Origin: Rhodospirillales bacterium
Lineage (GTDB): Bacteria > Pseudomonadota > Alphaproteobacteria > Rhodospirillales > Defluviicoccaceae
NCBI GenBank assembly: GCA_007695045.1
Contig: REEP01000082.1
Coordinates: 34,510 to 98,509, forward strand
Reading direction: 5' to 3'
Length of the DNA: 64,000 bases
Shown here in pieces: positions 41,132-51,473 of the stretch (position 1 is its first letter; each line of letters starts with the position of its first letter). The notes beneath the pieces were generated by a model that saw nothing but the letters and a program-made list of their open reading frames with translations, was not told the DNA's origin and made no database searches. The position numbers were made by a program, and so were the translations under genes.

Positions 41132-41228
41132 ACACGCGGCTTCCGTTCGGCGATTCCGGAGTGCCCGCACACGCGCTCGACGTCGTCGACCGAAGCGGTC
41201 ATGTCACTGTCCCGGTCACGCTGGCGCG

Positions 41229-42299
41229 TCACGCCATCAAAGCCACCGACTTCACCAGCCCGAACAGGCGCTGACCCGACCTGAGGCCCAAAGTCTGCAC
41301 CGACCAGGGCGTGACCTCGGCCAGCAGCAACTGGCCATCGGTCATACGGCAGGCGACCACCACCCTGCCGTCCCGTGGACGGTCAATTCTCTCGATCACG
41401 ACGGGCAGATGGTTGTTGATGCTGATCCCGGCGGGGTCGGTCAGGGCAAGGCTGACGTCCCGCGCCAGGATGCGCAGGCGGCGGACCTGCCCCGCCCGGT
41501 TGGTGTGGTCCGCGGGCACCCAGAGGCGGGCTTCGTCCGGCCCGAAGGGCCGTAATCCAAGATGATTGGTCTCCCCCAGCGTGCCTTCCAGCACCGAGGC
41601 AACACCATCATCGACGAACAGGGGCGAGTCCGGGCGGGCCAGCGCGTCGCGGAGGGGCGCGATGCCGTCGATCCGTCCCTCGCGCATGAACACCACATGG
41701 TCGGCCAAGCGTTCCACATCGCCCGGGTCATGGCTCACCATGATGATCGGAACGCCGGCGGTGGCGGCCAATCCCGAGAGGAAGGGCATGATCTCCCGCT
41801 TGGTCTGAGTGTCCAGAGCGGCCAGCGGTTCGTCCAGCAGCAGCAGATCCGGGCTGCTGAGCAGTGCCCGGCCCAGGGCTACCCGTTGGCGCTGGCCGCC
41901 GGAAAGCCGGTCCACGGGACGGTCGAGCAGGGCTGCGAGGCCGAGCAGATCGGCCGCCTCGTCCAGGTGCAGCCGGCGCCGCTCAGGCGAGGTGCGGGTG
42001 TACCCGTAGAGCAGGTTGCCCCGTACGGAGAGATGCGGCAGCAAGCTGTGCTCCTGGAACACGAGGCCGATCCGCCGCTTGTGTAGCGGCACGAAATGGC
42101 GGCCCTGCTGCCAAAGGAGCGGACCGAACCGGACCTCGGCGCCGCGCACCCGCTCCAGGCCGGCGATGACCCTGAGCAAGGTAGTTTTGCCGCAGCCGGA
42201 CCGGCCGAACAGGGCGGTGACGCCACTCAGCGGCAGGGCCGCCTCAACGTTCAGTTCGAAGTCCTGTCGCCGCAACACCGCCCGGACGTGAATGGTCAT
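41229..42299 (-). CDS. modC: Molybdate ABC transporter ATP-binding protein ModC
   Basis: Walker A GRSGCGKTT, signature LSGGQRQRVALGRAL, Walker B LLLLDEPL and a C-terminal TOBE/Mop domain. ATGA overlap with modB. The 566-aa ORF in the track is an out-of-gene extension. Confidence 0.92.
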   Translation of the reverse strand: MTIHVRAVLRRQDFELNVEAALPLSGVTALFGRSGCGKTTLLRVIAGLERVRGAEVRFGPLLWQQGRHFVPLHKRRIGLVFQEHSLLPHLSVRGNLLYGYTRTSPERRRLHLDEAADLLGLAALLDRPVDRLSGGQRQRVALGRALLSSPDLLLLDEPLAALDTQTKREIMPFLSGLAATAGVPIIMVSHDPGDVERLADHVVFMREGRIDGIAPLRDALARPDSPLFVDDGVASVLEGTLGETNHLGLRPFGPDEARLWVPADHTNRAGQVRRLRILARDVSLALTDPAGISINNHLPVVIERIDRPRDGRVVVACRMTDGQLLLAEVTPWSVQTLGLRSGQRLFGLVKSVALMA

Positions 42300-42982
42300 A
42301 GCTTGGCGATCTCGAAGCGGCGGTTGATGGTGTAGACGATGAACAGGACCAGGAAGGCGAACACCATCAGCATGAACGAGAGACGATGCGCGGCATCGTA
42401 GTTCATCGCCTCGGCATGGTCGTAGATCAGGACCGAGAGCACCTTGGTCTCCCCCGGAATGCTGCCGCCCAGCATCAGGATCACCCCGAACTCGCCGATG
42501 GTGTGCGCGAAGGTCAGGGTGGCGGCGACCACGAAACCACCTTTGGTGAGCGGAAGGATGACCGTGACGAAGCGATCGAACGCACCGGCGCCCAGGGCGC
42601 TCGCGACCTCCACCGGCCGCCGGCCCAGGTTGCTGAACGCCTCGTGCAGCGGCTGCACCGCGAACGGCATCGAATACAGGATCGAGGCCACCAGGATGCC
42701 TTCGAACGAGAACGCCAGGTGGGTGAGGCCGATGCTTTCCAGTGTGCCGCCGATGAAGCCGCGGGGGCCCAATACGATCAAAAGGTAGAAGCCCAGCACC
42801 GTCGGCGGCAGCACCAGCGGCAGGGCCACCACCGCCTGCACCACCACGCGGGCGGTGGACCGGCCATTGGCCAACCACCAAGCCACCGGAGTTGCGATCA
42901 CCAGGAGGATGGCGGTGGTATAGAGGCAAAGCCGAAGGGTGAGCTCGATGGCCTGCCAGTCTTCAGGACCCAGTCCCAGCAT
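42296..42982 (-). CDS. modB: Molybdate ABC transporter permease ModB
   Basis: Has the EAA-loop region (...ASALGAGAFDRFVTVILPLTKGG...) and about 5-6 TM helices, and sits between modA and modC. Confidence 0.92.
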   Translation of the reverse strand: MLGLGPEDWQAIELTLRLCLYTTAILLVIATPVAWWLANGRSTARVVVQAVVALPLVLPPTVLGFYLLIVLGPRGFIGGTLESIGLTHLAFSFEGILVASILYSMPFAVQPLHEAFSNLGRRPVEVASALGAGAFDRFVTVILPLTKGGFVVAATLTFAHTIGEFGVILMLGGSIPGETKVLSVLIYDHAEAMNYDAAHRLSFMLMVFAFLVLFIVYTINRRFEIAKL

Positions 42983-43037
42983 GCTGCCCCCTCGGCCTTG
43001 CCTGCATCTCAAACAATGTGCTTGTGGTGGCCCGACA

Positions 43038-43793
43038 CTATTTCGGCATCACGAAGCCATAGCGCTCCATGATCTCGTGTGCGTCATCGGTTTCCATGAA
43101 CAGGGCGAAGTTCATCACCGCCGGCTTGTCGGCACCGCGCGTGGTCACGACGTAACCCTGGGTCAGCGGATTGTGCAGGGCGTCGTCGATCAGGTGGTGG
43201 GGATGCTTGGCCAGTTCGGGAAACAGCGCCAGCGACAGCGCGATGATGCCCACATCGGCGGCACCGGATTCCGTCATCTGCGCGGTGTGGGCGATGTTCT
43301 CCCCGAACACCAGCTTGGGCTGCACCGCGTCCCACACCCCCGCCGCCTGCATCGCTTCCCGGGCGCGCATGCCGTAGGGTGCGTGGGCAGGCTGCGCGAT
43401 GGCGATCCGTCGCAGACGCGGATCGGTGGACAGGTCCGGCAAGGTCAACTCGGAAACATCGACCGTATTACTCCAGATGACGATGCGGCCGATGGCATAA
43501 ACGGCTGGATCCGTGGCCGTCAATCCCGCTGCCTGCAGTCGTTCCGGAAAGCTGATGTCGGCAGAGAAGAATATGTCGTAAGGCGCGCCATTGATGATTT
43601 GTGTCGTCATCTTTCCCGAGGAGCCGTAGATCACGGTCACGTCATGGCCGGGATAGTTCTTGTTGTAGGCTTCGATGACATCGTCGAGCGCAAAACGCAG
43701 GTCGGAGGCTGCGGCGATGGTGAACCGATCCGAATGCGCCGGCAGAGAGAGCAGGATGGTGCAGACGGCAAGCATGGCTGTGATGATTTTCAC
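43038..43793 (-). CDS. modA: Molybdate ABC transporter substrate-binding protein ModA
   Basis: Signal peptide then TIAAASDLRFALDDVIEAY...VIYGSSGKMTTQIINGAPYDIFFSAD, a ModA signature. GTG start with an AGAGGGAG RBS. Confidence 0.9.
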   Translation of the reverse strand: MKIITAMLAVCTILLSLPAHSDRFTIAAASDLRFALDDVIEAYNKNYPGHDVTVIYGSSGKMTTQIINGAPYDIFFSADISFPERLQAAGLTATDPAVYAIGRIVIWSNTVDVSELTLPDLSTDPRLRRIAIAQPAHAPYGMRAREAMQAAGVWDAVQPKLVFGENIAHTAQMTESGAADVGIIALSLALFPELAKHPHHLIDDALHNPLTQGYVVTTRGADKPAVMNFALFMETDDAHEIMERYGFVMPK

Positions 43794-43898
43794 GAAGTGA
43801 TGGCTCCCTCTTTACAAGCTTGTGACCGCTCCACGCGTCACCGCCTCGGCCACACTCGAACTCGTGTGGCGTCGCGCCCTTGCTGGCCCTCTATGGCA

Positions 43899-44702
43899 TC
43901 AGTCGACCGCGAGGATGATGTGGCTGGCCTTGACCAAAGCACAGGCGCGGTCGCCCGGGCCCAGTTCCAGGCTTTCGGCACCCTTCCTGGTGACGATGGC
44001 GGTCACCGTCTTGCCGCCGCCGATGTCCAGGGTGAACTCGCTGTTGACGGGGCCGTCCTCCCGCTCGGTCACGGTCCCGGACAGCCGGTTACGCACCGCG
44101 AGGCGGCCCAGCCCTTCCTCCCGCGCCAGGATCACGAACGTGGACTTGATCAGGGCGATGACCTCCCGGCCGGGAGCAATCTCCAGCTCCTGGGCGCTGC
44201 GGCGGGTGATGATGGCGGACAGCGCCTGGCCCTCGGCCAGGTCCATCACGACTTCGGCGTTGATGGGGCCTTCGACGACATCGGTAACGGTGCAGCGGAA
44301 CACGTTGCGGGCACTGGTTTTCATGAAGAAGTTCCTCAACAGGATGGTGGGGGATGGCGTATCGGAGCTGCCGAACTGGGCCTGGAGCTGCTGGAGAAAA
44401 CGGCCGAGTTCCCGTTCGACCATGGCGAAGGCAGCGATCACGCCGCCTCCCGCCGCGGTAAGAGCAGCCCCGCCGCCGGTCCGGCCGCCGGGGCTCGCCA
44501 CCACCAGTGGCGCCGGGAACAGGTTGTTCATGGCATTGACCGCGTCCCAGGCCGCCTTGTAGGAGAGGCCCACGGCGCGGGCCGCCGCGGCGATGGAGCC
44601 GTGATCCCGGATGGCCTGCAGCAGGCGGATGCGATCCCGACCGACCCGGGTCCCGGGGGCCCGCAGCAGGGTCAACACGGCTTCGGTCTCGCCCTCGGTC
44701 AT
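43899..44702 (-). CDS. modE: Molybdenum-dependent transcriptional regulator ModE
   Basis: N-terminal HTH (IRLLQAIRDHGSIAAAARAVGLSYKAAWDAVNAMNN) and two Mop/TOBE repeats (NVFRCTVTDVVEGPINAEVVMDL...; NRLSGTVTEREDGPVNSEFTLDI...). Confidence 0.85.
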   Translation of the reverse strand: MTEGETEAVLTLLRAPGTRVGRDRIRLLQAIRDHGSIAAAARAVGLSYKAAWDAVNAMNNLFPAPLVVASPGGRTGGGAALTAAGGGVIAAFAMVERELGRFLQQLQAQFGSSDTPSPTILLRNFFMKTSARNVFRCTVTDVVEGPINAEVVMDLAEGQALSAIITRRSAQELEIAPGREVIALIKSTFVILAREEGLGRLAVRNRLSGTVTEREDGPVNSEFTLDIGGGKTVTAIVTRKGAESLELGPGDRACALVKASHIILAVD

Positions 44703-44956
44703 CGTCGCAGTGCCCGGCTTGTCGTTATGTCGGGATGGTACATAGCGCCTTCCTAGCAAGGAAGAGGCCAAACTCCGCAATCAGCCATTTCAACTGGTTA
44801 GAAGGTCAAGCCCATGTCGTGTTGGCGACAACCGCGTCTCGTTGCCGACAATGGCGGCGATCCCGGGCCAACCGCGTTCAGTCCGTATCCCGAACCGGTC
44901 GGGCTTCGGGCCTTCGACCTTTGCGTGCACGGCATTTGCCTGTAAATGCTTGGCTC

Positions 44957-46108
44957 ATGACCTTGATCACGGACAATGAAGAGCTCGCGGCGTTCTGCCG
45001 CCGCATCGCGGGCTCCCCGGCCATCACCGTCGACACCGAGTTCATGCGGGAGCGAACGTTCTGGCCGAAACTCTGCCTGGTGCAGGTGGCCGGGCCGGAC
45101 GAGGCTGCGGCGATCGATCCGCTGGCCGACCTGGACCTGGCGCCGCTGTTTGAAATCCTGGCCGATCCGGCCACGCTCAAGGTGTTCCATGCCGCCCGCC
45201 AGGACCTGGAGATCTTCTTCCAGCTCATGGGCAAGCTGCCGGCGCCGGTGTTCGATACCCAGGTGGCGGCCATGGTGTGCGGCTTCGGCGACCAGGTAGG
45301 CTATGAGACGCTGGTGGCCAAGTTTGCCAAGGTCCGTCTCGACAAAGGCTCGCGCTTCACCGACTGGTCCCTCCGGCCTTTGAGCCGCCGCCAGATCGAG
45401 TACGCGCTCAGCGATGTGGTCCACCTGCGCAAGGTCTACGAGCGGCTGCACGCCAAGCTGGAAGCGACCGGGCGGGAGCCGTGGCTGCTGGAGGAGATGG
45501 CGATCCTGACCGACCCCGCTACCTACGCGCTGGAGCCGGAACTGGCTTGGAAACGGCTCAAGATCCGTGGTGGGAATGGCCGCTTCCTGGTGGTGCTGAA
45601 GGAACTCGCGGCGTGGCGGGAACGCCAAGCCCAGGCCCGCGATGTGCCGCGCAACCGCATCCTCCGGGACGAGGCTCTGGTGGAGATCGCCCACCACACG
45701 CCCACGGAAACCGAGGCCCTCGCCCGCACCCGTGGCCTTCCCCGCTCCTTTGCCGAGAGTGCCGCCGGGGCGGAGGTGCTGGCGGCGGTGGCGCGGGGCC
45801 TTGCCGTACCCGAGTCCAACCTGCCGAAGCCCGAGGTCAAGCGCGAGGTGCCGAAGCGGGTCGCCGCCACCGCCGAGCTGCTCAAGGTGCTGCTGAAAAT
45901 GAAGGCCGACGAGCACGACGTGGCCCAGCGCCTGGTCTCGTCCGCCGCGGACGTGGAGGTGATCGCCGCGTTCGGGGAAGACGCCGGCGTGCAGGCCCTG
46001 ACCGGCTGGCGCCGGCAGGTGTTCGGTGACGTCGCCCTGGCGGTGCGGGAAGGCCGCCTGGCTCTGGCTCTCAAGGACGGCCGTCTGACCCTGGTCACGG
46101 TCGGGTGA
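44957..46108 (+). CDS. rnd: Ribonuclease D
   Basis: ITVDTEFMRERTFWPKLCLVQVA (DEDD exonuclease ExoI), YALSDVVHLRKVY (ExoIII) and HRDC-like repeats. ATG at 44957. Confidence 0.9.
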   Translation: MTLITDNEELAAFCRRIAGSPAITVDTEFMRERTFWPKLCLVQVAGPDEAAAIDPLADLDLAPLFEILADPATLKVFHAARQDLEIFFQLMGKLPAPVFDTQVAAMVCGFGDQVGYETLVAKFAKVRLDKGSRFTDWSLRPLSRRQIEYALSDVVHLRKVYERLHAKLEATGREPWLLEEMAILTDPATYALEPELAWKRLKIRGGNGRFLVVLKELAAWRERQAQARDVPRNRILRDEALVEIAHHTPTETEALARTRGLPRSFAESAAGAEVLAAVARGLAVPESNLPKPEVKREVPKRVAATAELLKVLLKMKADEHDVAQRLVSSAADVEVIAAFGEDAGVQALTGWRRQVFGDVALAVREGRLALALKDGRLTLVTVG

Positions 46109-46243
46109 CAGAGCGGCGTGGGCACCCCGATGCCGATGCCGATACCGATGCCGGGCGGGAACCTTCGTCCGGGCCCTGTGTTCTTTCTTGGCCGGGGCGC
46201 CTCAAAATCGGTTCAAGGGCGTCCCATGACCGGGGAGCACACC

Positions 46244-46534
46244 ATGAGCAAGCGCGACGCCTATATCGATAAGGTCAAGGCCAAAATCGACGAATGGAAT
46301 GCCCAGATCAGCGAACTTCAGGCTAAGGCCAAGGACGCTGAAGCCGACATGAAGATCAAATACGAGAAACAAATCGAGGATCTCAAGGAACAACGTTCTG
46401 AGGCAGAAAAGAAGATCGACGAAGCAAAGTCCGCCAGTGAGGATGCCTGGTCATCCATGCGTGAGGGTATGGAGTCTGCTTTCGAGAACATTTCCAATTC
46501 ATTCAAGAAGGCTCTCGACCGCTTCAGGAAATGA
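46244..46534 (+). CDS. Small Lys/Glu-rich coiled-coil protein, unknown function
   Basis: 96 aa, GGGGAG RBS 6 nt upstream. MSKRDAYIDKVKAKIDEWNAQISELQAKAKDAEADMKIKYEKQIEDLKEQRSEAEKKIDEAK... The sequence is visibly AT-richer than the flanks. Confidence 0.6.
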   Translation: MSKRDAYIDKVKAKIDEWNAQISELQAKAKDAEADMKIKYEKQIEDLKEQRSEAEKKIDEAKSASEDAWSSMREGMESAFENISNSFKKALDRFRK

Positions 46535-46690
46535 TCCGCTTCAGGCACTGATCCGCGGCCTTTGATTTCGCCGATCCACCGAATGTGCCTCCATAGGGTA
46601 TTTGGAGAATGCGGCAGAGCTCGACACCGTACTGATACGCGGTTTTTTGACGCCATTTGGCGTCATGCGTCATGACCGGCCCAAGCCAAT

Positions 46691-47797
46691 ATGAAGTTGT
46701 TCGTCTGCTCGCAGTGCCGCAATCTTCTCTACTTCGATAACATTTCTTGCGGTGGCTGTGGTGCCAGGCTCGGTTTCCTGCCCGACGAAACCACCCTGGT
46801 CGCCCTGGACGGGGTCGGCGACGGTCTTTGGCAGCCGGTGGGCGTGCCCGGGCGATATCGGGTATGCGCGAACGAAGCCGCGCATGGGGTCTGCAACTGG
46901 ATGGTCGCAGCCGACGATGACGACAGCTTCTGCGTCTCCTGCAGGCTGAACCGCACCATCCCCGACCTGAGCATCGCGACGAACAAGGCCCTTTGGCACA
47001 CCCTGGAGCGCGAAAAGCGCTGGCTCGTCTATGCGCTGTTGCGGTTCGGTCTCGCCGTGACGCCGATGCGCCAAGTCCCATCCGGTCTCGCGTTCGATTT
47101 CCTGGCGGACGACGAACCGGCCTTCAACGAACACGGGCGCGTGCTGACCGGCCATGCGCAGGGTGTGATTACGCTCAACATCGCAGAAGCGGACCCGGTG
47201 GTGCGCGAACGCCTGCGTAACAAGATGGCGGAGCCGTATCGCACTGTCCTTGGCCATTTCCGGCATGAATCGGGACACTATTATTGGGACCGCCTGGTCC
47301 GCGACGGGCCGTGGCTGGAGCCGTTCCGGTCGATGTTCGGAGACGAGCGCCGGGACTATGGACAGGCACTGGAGAGGCACTACCGGTGCGGGCCGCCGCC
47401 GGGCTGGCCGGACCACTTCGTCAGCGCCTACGCCGGCGCCCATCCCTGGGAAGACTGGGCGGAGACGTGGGCCCACTACCTTCACATTTGCGACACGCTG
47501 GAAACAGCGTTCGCGTTCGGGCTGCGGATCCGGCCGCGACTGTCCGGTCGCGACGCCACGGATGTGCAGAATGGCGTTGATGCCTATGATCAGGAAGATT
47601 TCCAGCAGCTGATCGGCCATTGGTTCCCGTTGACGCTGGCGCTGAACAGCCTCAACCGGAGCATGGGGCATGAGCACGCGTATCCGTTCGTCCTGGCGCC
47701 GGCCGTGGTGGAGAAGCTGGCCTTCGTCCATCGTGTGGTTCGCGCCGGGCGCTGCCCACCGAAACCGCAGAGCCTCGGCAGTGCACTCCAGGCTTGA
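46691..47797 (+). CDS. Putative zinc-ribbon + zinc-metallopeptidase domain protein
   Basis: N-terminal CSQC...CGGC zinc ribbon and a HExxH motif (FRHESGHYYWDRL). This matches the 'putative zinc-binding metallopeptidase' architecture from memory. Confidence 0.75.
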   Translation: MKLFVCSQCRNLLYFDNISCGGCGARLGFLPDETTLVALDGVGDGLWQPVGVPGRYRVCANEAAHGVCNWMVAADDDDSFCVSCRLNRTIPDLSIATNKALWHTLEREKRWLVYALLRFGLAVTPMRQVPSGLAFDFLADDEPAFNEHGRVLTGHAQGVITLNIAEADPVVRERLRNKMAEPYRTVLGHFRHESGHYYWDRLVRDGPWLEPFRSMFGDERRDYGQALERHYRCGPPPGWPDHFVSAYAGAHPWEDWAETWAHYLHICDTLETAFAFGLRIRPRLSGRDATDVQNGVDAYDQEDFQQLIGHWFPLTLALNSLNRSMGHEHAYPFVLAPAVVEKLAFVHRVVRAGRCPPKPQSLGSALQA

Positions 47798-47843
47798 TAC
47801 CGGTGTTCGGAAGATGGCGCGGTGTTGGTCGGGTACGCGGGTT

Positions 47844-47871
47844 TTGACAACCGGCGGTGCGTGCCTATACT
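47844..47871 (+). promoter_or_regulatory. Sigma70-type promoter upstream of rpsD
   Basis: TTGACA (47844-47849), a 16-nt spacer, then TATACT (47866-47871). This would give a 5' leader of roughly 150 nt before the rpsD ATG. Confidence 0.5.
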
Positions 47872-48028
47872 GCCGGTCATCATTTCCGGGAATGCGGGTG
47901 CGGACACCCCGCTGCCGTGGGCAGATGTACCGCTGAGCGCGCGGACGGTCGACGGCAGCCTACCGGGACAATAACCGTCAAACCTGAGGGACCGCCCGGC
48001 GGATCCCGAACGAGGATACAAGAACGTC

Positions 48029-48643
48029 ATGACCAAGCGCGTGCAATCCAAATACAAGATCAATCGCCGCCTCGGCGTCAATCTGTGGGGCCGGCCCAAG
48101 AGCCCGCTCAACCGGCGGGAGCACGGTCCCGGCGTGCATGGCCAGCGCCGGCGCAAGCCCACCGACTTCGGGACCCAGCTGATGGCCAAGCAGCGGCTCA
48201 AGGGCTACTACGGTAATATCGGCGAAAAGCAGTTCCGCAAGTACTACGACGAGGCGGTGCGCCGCCGCGGCGACACCTCGGAAAACCTGATCGGCTTGCT
48301 GGAACGACGGCTGGATGCTGTGGTCTACCGCATGAAGTTCGTGCCGACGGTGTTCGCGGCACGGCAATTCGTCAACCACGGCCATATCACGGTGAACGGT
48401 CACCGGGTCAATATCCCGTCCTACCTGGTGAACGAGGGAGACGTGATCGCCGTCAAGGACTCCTCGCGGGACATGATCCTGGTGCTGGAAGCGGTGGAAT
48501 CTTCGGAACGGGACGTGCCCGATTACCTGGACGTGGATCACAACAAGATGCACGGTACCTTCGTGCGCACACCCAAGCTGGCGGACGTGCCCTATCCGGT
48601 CCAGGTGGAACCCAACCTGGTGATCGAGTTCTACTCGCGCTGA
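48029..48643 (+). CDS. rpsD: 30S ribosomal protein S4
   Basis: [26 protein letters not shown]...[34 protein letters not shown] (S4 domain). Confidence 0.95.
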   Translation: MTKRVQSKYKINRRLGVNLWGRPKSPLNRREHGPGVHGQRRRKPTDFGTQLMAKQRLKGYYGNIGEKQFRKYYDEAVRRRGDTSENLIGLLERRLDAVVYRMKFVPTVFAARQFVNHGHITVNGHRVNIPSYLVNEGDVIAVKDSSRDMILVLEAVESSERDVPDYLDVDHNKMHGTFVRTPKLADVPYPVQVEPNLVIEFYSR

Positions 48644-50970
48644 GGCAATGTCGGCCCCACGGCTGCTGGTGTCGTGGCTGTGGGGCCCGGTTGCAGCACG
48701 GTGAGGTGGGGGAACCCGGCCGCCACCTTTTCCGGTCGGAGCGGCAGCGAAATCATCTCCCGCCGTCGCCACAGGGCGTACTGGTCAACGACGGTGGTGC
48801 TGCCGATCCAGCCATCCTGACCACCCAGCAGGACGGCATAGTTGGCGTCGAGGTCGGCCAAGTCGGAGATATGGCGGGCATTGGCGCCATAGCGCACGGC
48901 GTGACGCTTGGGAGCGAAGCCGTGCGCGGTTTTCATCACGGTGTCGTTGCCGCCACTGACCGCAGCGTCGACAAGAACATGGCGGCGGCCGATCAGCGGC
49001 AGGCGGGCAAACATGTGTTGCAGGCGCAATCGATGGGCCGCCCCCCAGGTACCATACCTGCGTATCACCCTGGCGGTCGCCGGCAGCGCTCGCTGTAAGG
49101 CGTCCACCAAGCGCGGCCGCTCCACCGTTTGCAGATCCTCCCGCACCAGCAGCCATGGATCCGAGAACGCGGCGTAAACGGCCATGTCCTCGCTGCCGTT
49201 CAGGACTTGGACGAAGTGGTACAGCAGACTCTCGAAGGCGAGAGCACCGGGCGCGGTGGCGTCGTAACGGCCGTCCCACCGGGCGATGGGATCGAGGACG
49301 GTGCGGCCCGCCGGTGACCCTGTCACCGCCGGCGGCAGGTGCGTGGCCACATCGAGGATGGCGTCACGCAGAATCTGCGCCGAAGGCACCAGAACATCGT
49401 GGTGAATCGCGACGATTTGCTGCACGCCGATCCTGGCATCTCCGCCGAGAAGAGTCCGCAGTCGCCGGATCCGGTCCTCCGATGAGAAGAAAAAACCCAC
49501 CGGCACGTCGGAGGCCGGCGGCCGGTTGTTGGCCGATGCGACGAACCCTTCGGGCGGGTTCCACACTGCCGGCAGGTCGTGACCGGTCACGAAGTCTTCC
49601 CAGTGCAGGTGGGCCTCGCGCGGCACCACCATATCCTTGGGCACGTCGGTGGGGCGGCGCGGCAGATGGGCGGCCATCGCCTGGCCGATGCCGCCGGAAC
49701 CGTCGGCGCAGATCATGTTCTGAGCCGGCACCGCGAAGCTTTCCAGGGCCTCGCGGAATTCCGCCCAGGACCTCGCGCGGTTGACCTTGAGCAAGGCCGT
49801 CATCTCGTCGGACGGCTGGTGGCCGACCCAGCGCAGCGCCAGCGGCCTTGGCGCCTCCGCGCGCAACAATCCGGCATCGGTGATGACGGGGCCCATTGGT
49901 GCTTCCCGCACAATCACCGTCTGATCCGGCCACCAGCGGACGCGGATCGTCTCACGGCGCTCATGGAACTCATGGTCCGCGAGGTCACCCACGTCGAACA
50001 GCTCGCTGCTGGCGGCATGCAGGCTGGTGCCGCCCCAGGCGATCCAGCGATTGCGCCCCAGCGCCATCGCCGGGACCCCGGGAATCATCAGCCCCACCAC
50101 GTGGTAGCTGGGGGAACGGTAGCCGGCGATCAGCCACAGGTTCGGCAGGACGATCGGCAGATGCGGATCGCTCGCCATCAGCGCCGCTCCAGTTTTGCTG
50201 CGGCCGGCGGACACGGCGAAGGAATTACTCCCGGCCCGGCCGAAGGCGGCCACGGCCCCGTCCATCAAGGCCGCGCCGGGATCGGTGCCCGCGGCAATGC
50301 TGCCCGCACCGCCGGCAAAACTCGGCAGCGGGGCGGCGTCGTTACCCACCATCCGCGACCACAGCTTCAGCCACTCCGGGCGCCGACGGTGGCGCAGCAG
50401 ACCAAACCACATGCGCCAAGTGAAGTCGGCCGATGCCAGCCGGCCGATGGCAAGCAGATCGGTGACGGTCCAGGGTTGCGGTCGGACCCGCAGCACCCGG
50501 AATTCCGGCGGTACTGCCGGCGCCTGCGCGATCACGTGGTTGAGCCCGGCGGCGAAGCCCTCCAGCCAGGCCCGGGTCTCTGCCGGCAGGGTCGCCTCCA
50601 TCGCCGGAACGGCGCGGATGAAGTCCATGGTGCGAAGGAACCGGTCCAGTTCGATGCCGACGGGGCCGATCAGTTCGGCCGTGCGGCCGTACGCGGCGCG
50701 CCGCATGAGTTCGATCTGGGCCAGCCGCAAGTGCGCGTGCACCACCCCGAGCCCGACCGCGACGTCCTCATCGCATTCCGCCTCGATGAACGGCACCTGA
50801 TGATCATTCCAGCGGATCCGGACCGGCTTCGTGGTCGGTGCATCGGCGGTGGGGATGTTGCGAAGCCGGGTCGCGAGCGCAATTCGCGGCTTCGCCCGAA
50901 GCAGGGCGGCACGCCCCCCGAGGGCCGCGATCAGGCTGATCAGCCCGACCAGGGTACGCAGGCGCCTCAT
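48631..50970 (-). CDS. Penicillin acylase family (peptidase S45, Ntn-hydrolase; possible acyl-homoserine-lactone acylase)
   Basis: Signal peptide [34 protein letters not shown] contains the autoproteolytic G/SN site. About 780 aa. The 3' end overlaps the rpsD stop by 13 nt (convergent). Confidence 0.85.
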   Translation of the reverse strand: MRRLRTLVGLISLIAALGGRAALLRAKPRIALATRLRNIPTADAPTTKPVRIRWNDHQVPFIEAECDEDVAVGLGVVHAHLRLAQIELMRRAAYGRTAELIGPVGIELDRFLRTMDFIRAVPAMEATLPAETRAWLEGFAAGLNHVIAQAPAVPPEFRVLRVRPQPWTVTDLLAIGRLASADFTWRMWFGLLRHRRRPEWLKLWSRMVGNDAAPLPSFAGGAGSIAAGTDPGAALMDGAVAAFGRAGSNSFAVSAGRSKTGAALMASDPHLPIVLPNLWLIAGYRSPSYHVVGLMIPGVPAMALGRNRWIAWGGTSLHAASSELFDVGDLADHEFHERRETIRVRWWPDQTVIVREAPMGPVITDAGLLRAEAPRPLALRWVGHQPSDEMTALLKVNRARSWAEFREALESFAVPAQNMICADGSGGIGQAMAAHLPRRPTDVPKDMVVPREAHLHWEDFVTGHDLPAVWNPPEGFVASANNRPPASDVPVGFFFSSEDRIRRLRTLLGGDARIGVQQIVAIHHDVLVPSAQILRDAILDVATHLPPAVTGSPAGRTVLDPIARWDGRYDATAPGALAFESLLYHFVQVLNGSEDMAVYAAFSDPWLLVREDLQTVERPRLVDALQRALPATARVIRRYGTWGAAHRLRLQHMFARLPLIGRRHVLVDAAVSGGNDTVMKTAHGFAPKRHAVRYGANARHISDLADLDANYAVLLGGQDGWIGSTTVVDQYALWRRREMISLPLRPEKVAAGFPHLTVLQPGPTATTPAAVGPTLPQRE

Positions 50971-51167
50971 CCCGGAACGATCACGGGAGAACGCTCGCGA
51001 CCCGTGGGCCAGGATACGCGAATCGGCGGCGGACCACGCCTTTCTCCCGACGCAGTTGGAAACGGACAGAGAGCGGAGAAACGAGCCGGTTGCGGCGGCT
51101 CCCCACGACATCTATGCCCAAAAAGCGCCTATGGGCCCGTGAGATCAAGCCCTAACCGGCCAATTGC

Positions 51168-51410
51168 TCAACAGAAGACTTTGAATGCGATGATGGTGAA
51201 GGTGTCCTTGACCCCGGGCAGGGTCTGGATCCGCTCGGTCACGAAATGGCCGATGTCGGCACCATCCTCAAGGTAACACTTCAAAAGAAGATCGTAAGCG
51301 CCGGAGATCGAATGCACCTCCGAGATGCCATCCACGCGTTCCACCGCCGCCTCCGCCACCTGGTAGGCGCGGCCAAGATCACATTTCACCTCCACGAAGA
51401 TGGTCTGCAT
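51168..51410 (-). CDS. Lrp/AsnC ligand-binding (RAM) domain-only protein
   Basis: 80 aa. MQTIFVEVKCDLGRAYQVAEAAVERVDGISEVHSISGAYDLLLKCYLED...LPGVKDTFTIIAF is a stand-alone AsnC_trans_reg-type domain. GGAGAGGG RBS. Confidence 0.75.
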   Translation of the reverse strand: MQTIFVEVKCDLGRAYQVAEAAVERVDGISEVHSISGAYDLLLKCYLEDGADIGHFVTERIQTLPGVKDTFTIIAFKVFC

Positions 51411-51473
51411 GGCGCCCTCTCCGAAGCTGCCGCCACGCACTCCGGCGCGTGACCAGGCACGAGCCTCCCCGGC

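Noticed and set aside
42300-42929. N-terminal 210 residues of the 566-aa ORF 41229-42929
   Set aside because: This part overlaps modB in another frame. modC starts at the ATG at 42299 (ATGA overlap with the modB stop) and then has normal ModC length.
43794-43898. ModE operator (Mo-box) upstream of modA
   Set aside because: I looked for TATAT-type Mo-box half-sites and found none. Only two short GC inverted repeats (gccacac..gtgtggc, gtgac-N10-gtcac) are present, and I cannot tie them to ModE.
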